Shown here in pieces: positions 18,609-28,431 of a DNA stretch of 64,000 nt. The notes below the pieces were generated by a model. That model was not told the origin of the DNA and did not search any database. It saw nothing but the letters and a program-made list of their open reading frames with translations. A program made the translations under genes and the position numbers. Position 1 is the first letter of the stretch; each line of letters begins with the position of its first letter. The DNA is from an uncultured virus (IMG/VR IMGVR_UViG_3300018428_002561) (taxonomy: Duplodnaviria > Heunggongvirae > Uroviricota > Caudoviricetes). The stretch lies in the IMG/VR virus record IMGVR_UViG_3300018428_002561. One strand, given 5' to 3'.

Positions 18609-21600
18609 CTAGATTTCAATTTCGTCACCAAATTCATCATATGTTGAAACAGGTGTGCTACTACTTACAGCTACTTCGTCGCCGAATTCATTATACGTTA
18701 CACCACTACTAGTAGTTGTAACAGGTGTACTTACTTCTACACCCTGATTAGTATAAAAATTTGCTATAGCTCTAATTTTATTTCCTGCTTTTACATCATA
18801 TAAGTTATCTAGTGCATCTGTAGGGAAATAAGGACGCAATGTGGATTCACCAAATTGTCCTGATTGGAATTGTTGCTCTCTTAATGCAAAATCGTTAGCA
18901 ACCGAATTTACTCCGCTAACTCTAGAACCAGATGCTGCTACAAAACTTGCTTTAGGAGTTCCATCTGGGTTATGAGTTGCGGCATATCTACGATCCCAAG
19001 TTTCTTGTGCATTTTGTCCTGATGCAGGTCTTCTTCTTACTGTTTCAGATGATGGTTGAGGTTGTCTTTGTTCTGGCTCAGAAGGTGCTGTCTCTGGAGC
19101 ATCTTCCGGTACACGTTGACCACTTTCCGGTGTGCCTGGTATTAAACCATTTCTAGGCCAATCTAATTGACCGCCTTCTCGTTTTGCCGCACTAAAATGC
19201 ATCGCATCAATCGAGCTTCGCCAGTCTCCTCCCCAACCTAATCCGTATTTTTCAGCAAGTGCTTTCATTTGCGACCCTGTGCCGCCTTCTGGCATATCTG
19301 TGTATGGTTCAGGAGCATCTTCAGGTCTAGGTCTAATCATAGGGTTTTGTGTAGCGTTTATATCAATGGCCAAGCCACTTGCATGGTAACTAGGACTTGT
19401 ACTTCCTCTAGCGTTTCTTTGAACATAACCGCCGAGTGATCTAATTTCGTATCCGTAGTCATTTTCTAGTTCGTCAATAAGTCCTTGAAAATTTTCTGCA
19501 TAGATTGCCGCAACCTGTGTTGTTTTACCTGTAGAAGATCTTATAGTTGCAAGGGCTCCGTTTGAACCACTTGGTGGAACAATTTCGCTGTCTCTTACCG
19601 TTGTATTTTCTTGCGGATCAGTACCTACTTCTTCAGTTGGTTCGCCGTCTGCTGTATTAACACCCTCGCATGCAGGTAACTCTACAAGAGCTTGATCGTT
19701 ACTTATACCTTCTGTACTTTGATTTCGTCTTCTTACCAATTCAAGGGTTTGAGTAAACTTATTTCCACTTATTCTACTATTAACAGTTATGACCTGGTAT
19801 ACTCCGCTAAAACTATCTACAGCAATAGTTTGTCCTGGAAAAAACATAGTACCATTATTGTTATAGTCTATAGGAGTTCTAAAGTTTATAATAACATCTA
19901 TTTCATTTCTTTGATGATCTATAGAGCCGGTTGCTGTAATATTTTTTGAGCCTCCTCTCGGTGCTGTCCAGTTACCTACTCCGCTATCAGGTATAAAATA
20001 CGGATCACCCCAAATTTCTAATTCTGCTGTTATAAGATCTGCTTTACTATTCAACAATGCATTATGAAACATCTTAGCAACAGCTTCGCCGTATTGTTTA
20101 TTGTAACTACCGCCATTAAAATTACCGGCCCTCATTACACTCCTTGTTCTACCTTCAGGCACAGTTTGTCCTGGTGTAGGTCTACCTAGTGCAGGATCTC
20201 TTGGAGTAACAGTAATACTTTCTCTATCATTAACAACATCAGATGCTTGTAATTGGCCCATATCCATGCGTATTGCTTGGAAGAATGCTGCATTAAATTT
20301 TATTTCAAATCCTAACACATCTTCATTTTGTCCGCTGTAAATGTAATTGTATGTTTTTACACAATGCCTTGCTTTTTGTATCAATCCAGAATTTGCTTGG
20401 CTAGGAGCACTAAATCTACTTGCATCAACTTTGTAAGGTACTACATCAAATACATATATTTTTGGTGATTCACCTGTTTCTGTCTCGTGTGCTGAATCTG
20501 GTACTACATAACATTTAGCTTCAATTTTAAACCAATCTATTTCGCCCTTGTTGTCTACTCGTTGTAATGCAGATCTACCGTATTCACTAACAAGCACCAT
20601 TTCTTCTATGACTTTAGTAATTGGTGTTCCTTGTGTAAATTTAAACGTTCTGTTAGTATCGCTAATTGTCATTTCTACACCGTTACGTTTGTAGACATTA
20701 GCTTCCTCGTCATATGTATATAATCCTAAGCCAAAAGGACTATCTCCGCCTGCGGTAAATTCTGATATCATAGAACTAGCACCAATAGCATTAAGATTAG
20801 TTATACTATCTCCTTTAAGTGACTGTAGCAAAGAATTGCTGCTTGTATCTATACCAATATTTCTAAAAAATGTTGTAAGGCCGTCTTCTTCAACTTCGGC
20901 AGCTTGCTCTCCTCGTCTAGAAGATAATGCTTCAGCATCACTAATAGTAGCTCTGTTTTCTGTTGCTGTTGGACTTATATTTCCAATATCTCCTGCTCTT
21001 GTAGTTGGAAATCTAATCAAATAATAATCTGAAGCCGGTGAACAAGTGTCTTCGGCAATTTGTTTTAATTTGTCATTTATAATTGTAGACAGTCCTTGCT
21101 CTCCTGTAGACAAACATTCTACAAGATCATTTCCTGTAATACTAACAGTATCTTGAAGTGTCATTACATCATCTTGAAATGTTTGTTCATTCCATGGAAT
21201 GCAATTTACTTGATATGTACTACCGCCCGACTCTACATCAAATTCAACAGTTGTTAGTTTAAAAGGCAATTTTCTATTACTGTACGATACTGGTTTGCCG
21301 CCGTCGTCGTCCCAGCCTACAAAATCTAATTCTAACAAATACGGTGCTTGTAAATAGTTTTGAAATCCTGCATCAAAAGCCGCACTTTGTAAAGATTGTA
21401 AAAATAACCCCATAGAGTATGGCTCTTTTACACTAAAACTAAAATTAATAGCCTGTGAAGTACCTGTTCTGTTATTAGGAGATATTATAGATGTCATTTC
21501 AAAATCATCTATAAAATATTCTAAGTTACCTGCTTCCTCTCCTATAGAATCATAATAAGTTTGTATACGTTTATTATCTATACCGCCGCCACCGGATCTT

Positions 21601-22253
21601 AGTATAGTAAAATCTGCACCACGCTTAATATACGTCTCTGATGGATTATTTGCACTGTCTGCTGTTAATACACCTAAACTAAAAATACAGTTGTAACTTT
21701 GAAATTGTCTTAGCGGATTTTTTATTGTAACACCTGGTGCAGAAGGCTCTCTTTCTGGAGCACTTAGACTTCCTCTAGCAGACTCTGTAAATTTTTCTAC
21801 AAATTGTTCAACTTCTTGTTCTACAGACTGTAGTGTTAGACTATTGATTTGACTTTCTAGATCTGCAACAGCCGAGTCTATTCCATTTGCTAAACTTCCT
21901 GTTAACGGAACTACTTGATCTACTAAATTCTGTGCTTTGCTTGCTAATGAATTGCCAAAGCCGTTTGCAAACTGATTTAAACTAGGAGGAAAAATAGCAC
22001 TAGGATCGTCAATATTTGCCAAAGACGGTATGCTGTTTCCAAGACTTGCTATTCTATTTTGTAACCCAGCTGTGTCAAGACCAATGCTATCTGGAAGTTG
22101 TATGTTAATCTTAGACGATGCATCAAACACATTGCGTGAAACTAAATCAAATTGTTCAGTTAACGCTGCGGTATCGACGCTTTCAACAGCTTCGCCTAGA
22201 CTACTTGCTAATGTCTGAGCTTTGTTTGAAATAATTGCACTAGGATTAATCAT
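18609..22253 (-). CDS. Baseplate hub protein (gp27-like position) with a peptidase M15-type Zn domain
   Basis: AELEIWGDPY...FSGVYQVITVNSRISGNKFTQTLEL hub-like segment; SYHASGLAIDIN...GLGWGGDWRSSIDAMHF M15 motifs near the C-terminus. Confidence 0.7.
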   Translation of the reverse strand: MINPSAIISNKAQTLASSLGEAVESVDTAALTEQFDLVSRNVFDASSKINIQLPDSIGLDTAGLQNRIASLGNSIPSLANIDDPSAIFPPSLNQFANGFGNSLASKAQNLVDQVVPLTGSLANGIDSAVADLESQINSLTLQSVEQEVEQFVEKFTESARGSLSAPEREPSAPGVTIKNPLRQFQSYNCIFSLGVLTADSANNPSETYIKRGADFTILRSGGGGIDNKRIQTYYDSIGEEAGNLEYFIDDFEMTSIISPNNRTGTSQAINFSFSVKEPYSMGLFLQSLQSAAFDAGFQNYLQAPYLLELDFVGWDDDGGKPVSYSNRKLPFKLTTVEFDVESGGSTYQVNCIPWNEQTFQDDVMTLQDTVSITGNDLVECLSTGEQGLSTIINDKLKQIAEDTCSPASDYYLIRFPTTRAGDIGNISPTATENRATISDAEALSSRRGEQAAEVEEDGLTTFFRNIGIDTSSNSLLQSLKGDSITNLNAIGASSMISEFTAGGDSPFGLGLYTYDEEANVYKRNGVEMTISDTNRTFKFTQGTPITKVIEEMVLVSEYGRSALQRVDNKGEIDWFKIEAKCYVVPDSAHETETGESPKIYVFDVVPYKVDASRFSAPSQANSGLIQKARHCVKTYNYIYSGQNEDVLGFEIKFNAAFFQAIRMDMGQLQASDVVNDRESITVTPRDPALGRPTPGQTVPEGRTRSVMRAGNFNGGSYNKQYGEAVAKMFHNALLNSKADLITAELEIWGDPYFIPDSGVGNWTAPRGGSKNITATGSIDHQRNEIDVIINFRTPIDYNNNGTMFFPGQTIAVDSFSGVYQVITVNSRISGNKFTQTLELVRRRNQSTEGISNDQALVELPACEGVNTADGEPTEEVGTDPQENTTVRDSEIVPPSGSNGALATIRSSTGKTTQVAAIYAENFQGLIDELENDYGYEIRSLGGYVQRNARGSTSPSYHASGLAIDINATQNPMIRPRPEDAPEPYTDMPEGGTGSQMKALAEKYGLGWGGDWRSSIDAMHFSAAKREGGQLDWPRNGLIPGTPESGQRVPEDAPETAPSEPEQRQPQPSSETVRRRPASGQNAQETWDRRYAATHNPDGTPKASFVAASGSRVSGVNSVANDFALREQQFQSGQFGESTLRPYFPTDALDNLYDVKAGNKIRAIANFYTNQGVEVSTPVTTTSSGVTYNEFGDEVAVSSSTPVSTYDEFGDEIEI

Positions 22254-22556
22254 TTATATTCCTAACACTCTTTTTAAACTATCTGGTTTTGGCAGGTATA
22301 TAGTTGTTCCTGCAACCATATCAAATACAGGATCTTTTAAAATATTCATATTGCGCTGTGCAAATACCCACCATAGTTTAGGACTACCATAATAGTCATA
22401 TGCAAGTAAATCTGGTCTGTAAGTATACTGTGTTTCTATTGTATATTGTACATCATCTGAAGATGACGGAATTGGACGTATTCGTAATACATCTAATGCA
22501 CCTGTTCTTGTATAGCCTGTTTTATGCCAAGGACTAGAACTTTTATAATTAGCCAT
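22254..22556 (-). CDS. gp53: Baseplate wedge protein, gp53/LysM-like
   Basis: RPDLLAYDYYGSPKLWWVFAQRN motif. Confidence 0.75.
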   Translation of the reverse strand: MANYKSSSPWHKTGYTRTGALDVLRIRPIPSSSDDVQYTIETQYTYRPDLLAYDYYGSPKLWWVFAQRNMNILKDPVFDMVAGTTIYLPKPDSLKRVLGI

Positions 22557-23446
22557 TAAATAAAGCCCTCCCCGCCGTTAACATATCCACCGTTAACAAA
22601 CTTTTGTAAATTAAATTCACTAACACGTCTTCTTGAAAATGTAGGTTTGAGTGTTATACTTATTTGTGAGTTTGATGGCGCCCAAGTTGTTGCACCATTT
22701 TCTGCTCCTTGCAAATCAACAGCAATATAATCAACATCTGCTGGTAAGTCTACTGTAAAGTTTGAAATAACTACAGGAACATTGTTAAAAACATAATCTC
22801 CGTATCCGTTTAATCTAACAACAGGAGGAGGTGCTCCTGCGTTTTCAGAACTTTCACCATAAAACATTTTTGTAACTGTTCTTAGATAATGTATAACAGC
22901 TACCCAATATCTTCCTTCGTCTGCATTTTCTACAGGAAATTCGCCTGTAATAATAATATCGTCTGCTTGACTGTTTTCGTAAACCTGGAATGGATAGTTT
23001 GTATGCACAGGCTGTAAAGTATTGTAATTTGCACTGTGGCTTATAATAATAGTAGGCGTTAAAGGAAAACATAGCCCGCCTGTTGCAGCTAAAGGAGACA
23101 GTAGTTTAGCATCTTTTACATTTGGAGAAGTTGGCATTGATAGTTTTACACGCCAATCAGCATCTTTTGCTGTAGCAGAAAAACTTTTACTAACATTTGA
23201 TTCTACACGACCTGTCTCAGCTGACGGTAAATTTATACTTCTTATAAGTTTGTTAAATCCAGTAGCGCCAAAGGCAAACGATGCTGCATCTTTAATTGCA
23301 TTATCAATGAATCCTACACCTGTGTTGAGTTTATCTCCAATAAAGTTTTGTACTGACGCTTCTGCATCATTTTGTAGTTGAGTCAGGGCTCTATTAGCCT
23401 GTGTCCTGACCGCTCTGCCTATACTGTCAAAGGGATTAGTTGCCAT
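22556..23446 (-). CDS. Probable baseplate tail-tube cap/initiator (gp48/gp54-like)
   Basis: GAPPPVVRLNGYG...NVPVVISNFTVDLP tube-fold-like motif; first gene of the baseplate operon; AGGAG SD. Confidence 0.55.
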   Translation of the reverse strand: MATNPFDSIGRAVRTQANRALTQLQNDAEASVQNFIGDKLNTGVGFIDNAIKDAASFAFGATGFNKLIRSINLPSAETGRVESNVSKSFSATAKDADWRVKLSMPTSPNVKDAKLLSPLAATGGLCFPLTPTIIISHSANYNTLQPVHTNYPFQVYENSQADDIIITGEFPVENADEGRYWVAVIHYLRTVTKMFYGESSENAGAPPPVVRLNGYGDYVFNNVPVVISNFTVDLPADVDYIAVDLQGAENGATTWAPSNSQISITLKPTFSRRRVSEFNLQKFVNGGYVNGGEGFI

Positions 23447-23472
23447 TCAGTTCTCCTATATGTATTATTTAG

Positions 23473-23501
23473 TTGACATAATTAAGTATGTAGTTTATAA
23501 T
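23473..23501 (+). promoter_or_regulatory. Consensus sigma70-type promoter upstream of gp55
   Basis: TTGACA (23473-78), 17-nt spacer, TATAAT (23496-501). Confidence 0.8.
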
Positions 23502-23526
23502 ATGACTATTAAACTTGGAGAAACAT

Positions 23527-24387
23527 GTGCGATCTAGAAATTATTTAAACAACAAGGATATCTTATCAGAAATCCACAAATCAAAGAATACGTTTAATAG
23601 CTATATAGACCCAGAATACCATCAGTACGATATTATTCTTACAGATATAGAAAAGGTAAACAGATTAACTATTGCAGAAGCAAAAAGAAACAAAGCAAAG
23701 CGTCTAAGCAATGCAGACTACGAAACCCGCAAAATGGCCGGTGAAAAGGTAAAACAAGCAGATTGCGAAGTTGACTGGAAAAAGATTACAAAAGAAGAAC
23801 TAATCTTCCGTATTATGACATTTGATCATATTCCAGATGAACCTGGAAGAAAGAAAAATCCTAAAACTATAGCAGATCACAAGGTAAAATTAAATTTTCC
23901 TCCATTTCAACACTATAAATTTAACGAAAATGATGAACTAGTGTGTGTAGGCAAAAGTCATTGGCAAGGCGGCATGGAAAACGGACATTTTGATCATAAA
24001 CACGGTAAAGCAACTAACAAACTAGCAACTATGTGGTTAAAATTAGTTGATAGGTATGCAACTAGAGGTAACGTTAGAGGTTATACTTACAACGACGAAA
24101 TGAAGGGGCAAGCAATACTACAACTAGCACAGATAGGACTACAGTTCGATGAATCTAAAAGTAATAATCCTTTTGCTTACTATACCGCTGCTGTTACTAA
24201 TTCATTTGTTCGTGTCATTAATATAGAAAAACGTAATCAAAATATTAGAGACGATATTTTAGAGATGAACGACTTAAACCCATCATACACACGACAAGCA
24301 CAAGGTGAATGGGAAGCCGCTGTAAAAAGAAATGAAGAACTAAAAACTTCAATTTTCCAAGAAAGAAAAGTGGTTGACAAAGATTAA
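23527..24387 (+). CDS. gp55: Late-transcription sigma factor, T4 gp55-like
   Basis: NYLNNKDILSEI N-terminus and RGYTYNDEM...QFDESKSNNPFAYYT...SFVRVINIEKR motifs; lies upstream of gp47/gp46 as in T4. Start moved to GTG 23527, which has a GGAG SD; the ORF track uses TTG 23515. Confidence 0.85.
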   Translation: MRSRNYLNNKDILSEIHKSKNTFNSYIDPEYHQYDIILTDIEKVNRLTIAEAKRNKAKRLSNADYETRKMAGEKVKQADCEVDWKKITKEELIFRIMTFDHIPDEPGRKKNPKTIADHKVKLNFPPFQHYKFNENDELVCVGKSHWQGGMENGHFDHKHGKATNKLATMWLKLVDRYATRGNVRGYTYNDEMKGQAILQLAQIGLQFDESKSNNPFAYYTAAVTNSFVRVINIEKRNQNIRDDILEMNDLNPSYTRQAQGEWEAAVKRNEELKTSIFQERKVVDKD

Positions 24388-24402
24388 CTTTTGTTATATT
24401 AT
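24374..24402 (+). promoter_or_regulatory. sigma70-type promoter upstream of gp47
   Basis: TTGACA (24374-79), 17 nt, TATTAT (24397-402). Confidence 0.65.
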
Positions 24403-24430
24403 AAACTAAAAGCCTTACGGAGGACTCAGT

Positions 24431-25453
24431 TTGTTTAAAAAAGCCGCTGTGTTTACTGATATACACTTTGGTCTAAAAAGTAACAGTCGCGTTCACAATG
24501 ACGATTGCGAAGAATTTATAGATTGGTATATCAAAACAGCAAAAGAAAACGGATGTGAAACTGGTATTTTCTGTGGAGATTGGCATCACAATCGAAACAG
24601 TCTTAACCTCACGACCATGGATGCTACTATTAGAAGTATGGAAAAACTTGGTAAAGCATTTGACAAGTTTATATTCTTCGATGGCAACCATGATTTGTAC
24701 TACAAAGATAAAAGAGATGTAAACTCTACAGCGTTTGCAAAACACATACCAGGAATTACATTTATCGATGAATTAACTGTAGAAGACGATGTTGCTATTG
24801 TCCCATGGCTTGTAGCAGACGAATGGAAAAAAATACAAAAATGTAAGGCAAAATACATGTTTGGACATTTTGAACTTCCAAGTTTTTACATGAATGCTAT
24901 GGTTAAAATGCCTGATCACGGTGGTGACTTAAACAAAGAACACTTTGCTAATCAAGACTATGTCTTTAGTGGACATTTTCATAAGCGTCAAAATCAAGGC
25001 AAAATACATTATATCGGTAATGCTTTCCCTCACAACTATGCAGATGCATGGGATGACGAACGTGGTATGATGATTCTTGACAAAGAAAACAACAAAGAAC
25101 CAGAGTACATCAATTGGCCGGATTGTCCTAAGTATAGAACTGTTAAACTTTCTAAACTAATCGACGAACAAGACACACTTATAAAAAGCAAAATGTACCT
25201 GCGAGTAGAACTTGACATTGATATCAGTTATGAAGAAGCAAGTTTTATAAAAGAAACATTTATCAATCAGTATAACTGTAGAGAAATTACACTTATACCT
25301 AAATCACATATTGAAGAAATTAGCACAGACTTAGACATTAGTTCATTTGTTAGTGTTGATCAAATCGTTGCAAGTGAGATATCTGAACTAGACACAGACT
25401 CATTTGATAAGAAAAAACTTTTGGAGATATACAACGGATTAACGCATGATTAA
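24431..25453 (+). CDS. gp47: Recombination endonuclease subunit (Mre11/SbcD-like)
   Basis: Metallophosphoesterase motifs DIH, GDWHH, GNHD, GHFE, SGHFH; TTG start with GGAGG SD. Confidence 0.93.
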   Translation: MFKKAAVFTDIHFGLKSNSRVHNDDCEEFIDWYIKTAKENGCETGIFCGDWHHNRNSLNLTTMDATIRSMEKLGKAFDKFIFFDGNHDLYYKDKRDVNSTAFAKHIPGITFIDELTVEDDVAIVPWLVADEWKKIQKCKAKYMFGHFELPSFYMNAMVKMPDHGGDLNKEHFANQDYVFSGHFHKRQNQGKIHYIGNAFPHNYADAWDDERGMMILDKENNKEPEYINWPDCPKYRTVKLSKLIDEQDTLIKSKMYLRVELDIDISYEEASFIKETFINQYNCREITLIPKSHIEEISTDLDISSFVSVDQIVASEISELDTDSFDKKKLLEIYNGLTHD

Positions 25454-27218
25454 AATTAAGGACCTAACCGTTAAAAATTTTATGAGTGTTGGCAACCAAA
25501 CACAAGCGGTTGACTTTGATAAACAACAACTCACACTAGTACTAGGCGAAAACTTAGATCAAGGAGGTGACGATTCTGGCTCCCGTAATGGTACTGGTAA
25601 AACAACTATAATTAATGCGTTAAGTTATGCTCTTTACGGCAACGCTCTTACGAACATAAGAAAAAACAATTTAATTAACAAGACTAATTCTAAAGGAATG
25701 TTAGTTACACTTGCTTTTGAAAAAGACAGTGTTCAGTACCGAATTGAGAGAGGTAGATCGCCAAATGTTTTAAAGTTCTATGTCAACAACGAAGAGCAAG
25801 TTGACATAGACGAATCTCAAGGTGATAGTCGTAAAACACAGGAATCGATTGATTCTTTATTAGGTATGAGTCACGACATGTTCAAACATGTTGTAGCACT
25901 TAACACTTATACAGAACCGTTCTTAAGCATGCGAACAAACGATCAACGTGCTATTATAGAACAGTTACTCGGAATAACTATACTTTCTGAAAAAGCAGAT
26001 CTTTTAAAAGAAGAAGTACGAAAATCTAAAGACGAACTTACGCAAGAAACTATGCGTATTGATGCAATACAATCTGCTAATTCTAAAATTGACGAAACTA
26101 TAGAAGGTCTTAAAAGCAAGCAAAAAGCATGGCTTTCAAAACGCACTACAGATGTTGTAAAGCTAAAGGAATCTATCGAAGAACTTGAACACCTTGATAT
26201 TGATGCAGAACTCGAATCGCACGAAAAACTAGCAAACTGGACTGAGCTAAACAATGCTATTTTGGCTCTTAATAAAGAAAAAAGCACACTCGAGACAGCA
26301 CAGTTACGTGCCAGTAAGTCTGTTAAAAAAGTCGAAAAAGACATCTTAGAACTAGATAGTGCTACTTGTTATACATGCGGACAGTCTTTACATGCAGACA
26401 AAAAAGCAGAAATTTTAGATAAAAAATCTAAAGAATTAGTTGATGCAGACGCATATCTTACAGAAATTACAGACAAACTAAACAGTGTTGAAAAAGAGCT
26501 CGGCGATATAGGTGATATCAACGGACGTCCGAACACGTACTACGAAACGTCTAAAGAAGCATATGATCATAGAAACAATGTAGACACTTTAAAAAATGCT
26601 TACGAAAACAGAAAAGATGAAGTTGACCCGTATCAGGAACAGATTGACGATCTTGAAGCTAGTGCAAAACAAGATATTGATTGGTCAACAGTTAACGATA
26701 TAACATCTACAAAAGAGCACCAAGAATTCTTGTTAAAACTTCTAACAAACAAAGACAGTTTTATACGTAAAAAAATTATCGATCAAAATCTAGCATATCT
26801 AAACAATAGATTAACATACTATCTAGATAAACTAGGTTTGCCGCACACCGTAACATTCTTAAATGACCTTTCTGTTGAAATTACACAGTTAGGTCAAGAC
26901 TTAGACTTTGATAATCTATCACGTGGTGAACGTAATAGACTTATACTAGGACTAAGTTTTGCCTTCCGTGACGTTTGGGAAAGTTTATATCAAAATGTTA
27001 ACTTACTATTCATTGACGAACTTATAGACAGCGGTATGGATTCCAACGGTGTTGAAAACAGTCTTGCTGTACTTAAGAAAATGGGCAGAGAAAGAGAAAA
27101 AAATATCTACTTAATCAGTCATAAAGATGAACTTATTGGCAGAGTTAACAACGTTCTTAAAGTTGTAAAAGAAAATGGATTTACCAGTTACGAAAACGAT
27201 ATTGATGTAGTTGAATAA
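25446..27218 (+). CDS. gp46: Recombination ATPase subunit (Rad50/SbcC-like)
   Basis: Walker A NGTGKTT, coiled coil, CYTC zinc hook, LSRGE signature, Walker B LLFIDE, ISH. Confidence 0.93.
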   Translation: MIKIKDLTVKNFMSVGNQTQAVDFDKQQLTLVLGENLDQGGDDSGSRNGTGKTTIINALSYALYGNALTNIRKNNLINKTNSKGMLVTLAFEKDSVQYRIERGRSPNVLKFYVNNEEQVDIDESQGDSRKTQESIDSLLGMSHDMFKHVVALNTYTEPFLSMRTNDQRAIIEQLLGITILSEKADLLKEEVRKSKDELTQETMRIDAIQSANSKIDETIEGLKSKQKAWLSKRTTDVVKLKESIEELEHLDIDAELESHEKLANWTELNNAILALNKEKSTLETAQLRASKSVKKVEKDILELDSATCYTCGQSLHADKKAEILDKKSKELVDADAYLTEITDKLNSVEKELGDIGDINGRPNTYYETSKEAYDHRNNVDTLKNAYENRKDEVDPYQEQIDDLEASAKQDIDWSTVNDITSTKEHQEFLLKLLTNKDSFIRKKIIDQNLAYLNNRLTYYLDKLGLPHTVTFLNDLSVEITQLGQDLDFDNLSRGERNRLILGLSFAFRDVWESLYQNVNLLFIDELIDSGMDSNGVENSLAVLKKMGREREKNIYLISHKDELIGRVNNVLKVVKENGFTSYENDIDVVE

Positions 27219-27427
27219 TGGATGATACTCACGATAAACTTGTAAAAGCATATTTAGAATATTTTGAAGAGAACGAAAAATTTGAATCTCGTAATTCTGT
27301 GCGAACACACGGAAGTGCAAGACGTGCATTACGTAACATACGTACACTTGCAAAATTACGCATGGATGAAATACACGAAAAACACTTAAACAAGGAAAAA
27401 AGTCAAAACGAACCTAGCGACGATTAA
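27218..27427 (+). CDS. Small basic helical protein, possibly Hc1/histone-H1-like DNA-binding
   Basis: TAATG coupling to gp46; ENEKFE...SARRALRNIRTLAKLRMDEI resembles the Hc1-like pattern (recalled, not searched). Confidence 0.5.
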   Translation: MDDTHDKLVKAYLEYFEENEKFESRNSVRTHGSARRALRNIRTLAKLRMDEIHEKHLNKEKSQNEPSDD

Positions 27428-27446
27428 ATGCTAGGTAAGTACCTAC

Positions 27447-27896
27447 ATGGAGTGGACTTATAAAGGCAAAAAAATTGAAACCATACCAGAAGAATTTGAA
27501 GGCTTCGTATATCTAATAACGAATAAAAAAACAGGGCAAAAATATATAGGCAAAAAACTAGCAAAGTTTAAAACTACAAAGCCACCTCTTAAAGGCAAAA
27601 AGAATAAACGTAGAGGCTATAAAGAAAGCGACTGGAAAACCTATTGGGGTAGTTCTGATAGATTAAATGCAGACGTTAAAGCACTAGGCGAAAAAAACTT
27701 TACAAGAGAAATATTATACCTATGCAGAGGCAGGGGCGAAATGTCCTACATTGAGGCAAGAGAGCAATTTGACCGCCGTGTATTAGAGAGCGACGAGTAT
27801 TACAATGGAATTATTAATGTTAGAGTTGGCGGTTCCGATAAATTGCGCAAGGCTTTGCTAGAACACACCATTAAGGCAAAACAATCCAACACCTAA
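27447..27896 (+). CDS. Short stand-alone GIY-YIG family endonuclease
   Basis: GFVYLITN...KYIGKK, YWGSS, EARE and YYN motifs; 149 aa with no C-terminal DNA-binding extension. Confidence 0.8.
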   Translation: MEWTYKGKKIETIPEEFEGFVYLITNKKTGQKYIGKKLAKFKTTKPPLKGKKNKRRGYKESDWKTYWGSSDRLNADVKALGEKNFTREILYLCRGRGEMSYIEAREQFDRRVLESDEYYNGIINVRVGGSDKLRKALLEHTIKAKQSNT

Positions 27897-28400
27897 GGTT
27901 AGCGGGCCAGTTTAGAAATACCGCTGTGGAAAAAGCATCCGTATAGGAGCACACGTAACACGTTGAGCGGCGTTCGGTAGTAGAGCGTTTGATTGGCGTA
28001 GGTTGATTGTTGGCAATCGAAACACCGCACATTGTACATAAAAACCGTATGCACTAGGAACGAAGCAACGGGTAAAAATATAGTGTATTAGCTATAATTT
28101 AGAAATTATTGCTTATAAGCTATATTTTGATGTCGACGTAGGTTGGGAAAGGTCAGAGCCCATTGTACAGCGGATAAACACCTACTTCCAAGTCTCGGCT
28201 GGAGCGGACTCACATGAAGCACCTTGAGATTAGATGGAACCGTAACAGGTTCCGTCTGACTGAAACAATCTACATGAAACTTAAACATTATCACTACGTG
28301 ATAATGAGTTCCATATATAATTCACTTCTATCATACATAATTAAATACGAAGTAAACAGTTTGAGCGATAGCGAAAACTTGTTTCGTGAAACGAAACACA
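27897..28400 (+). ncRNA. Candidate large structured non-coding element (RNA or cis-acting DNA site)
   Basis: ~500 nt without a credible ORF and with at least 8 stems, e.g. AAAATATAG/CTATATTTT (28075-83/28120-28), TAGATGGAACC/GGTTCCGTCTG (28231-58), CATTATCAC/GTGATAATG (28286-306), TGTTTCGT/ACGAAACA (28380-98); several contain G-U pairs on the plus strand. Confidence 0.55.
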
Positions 28401-28431
28401 TAAATATATTAAGTATAATAAGGATGTTTTC

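Noticed and set aside
27897..28310. Group I intron, RNase P RNA, tmRNA or tRNA
   Set aside because: I found no P7-type intron core, interrupted host gene, GAGGAAAGTCC motif, or tRNA cloverleaf with a T-loop; a covariance-model search is still needed
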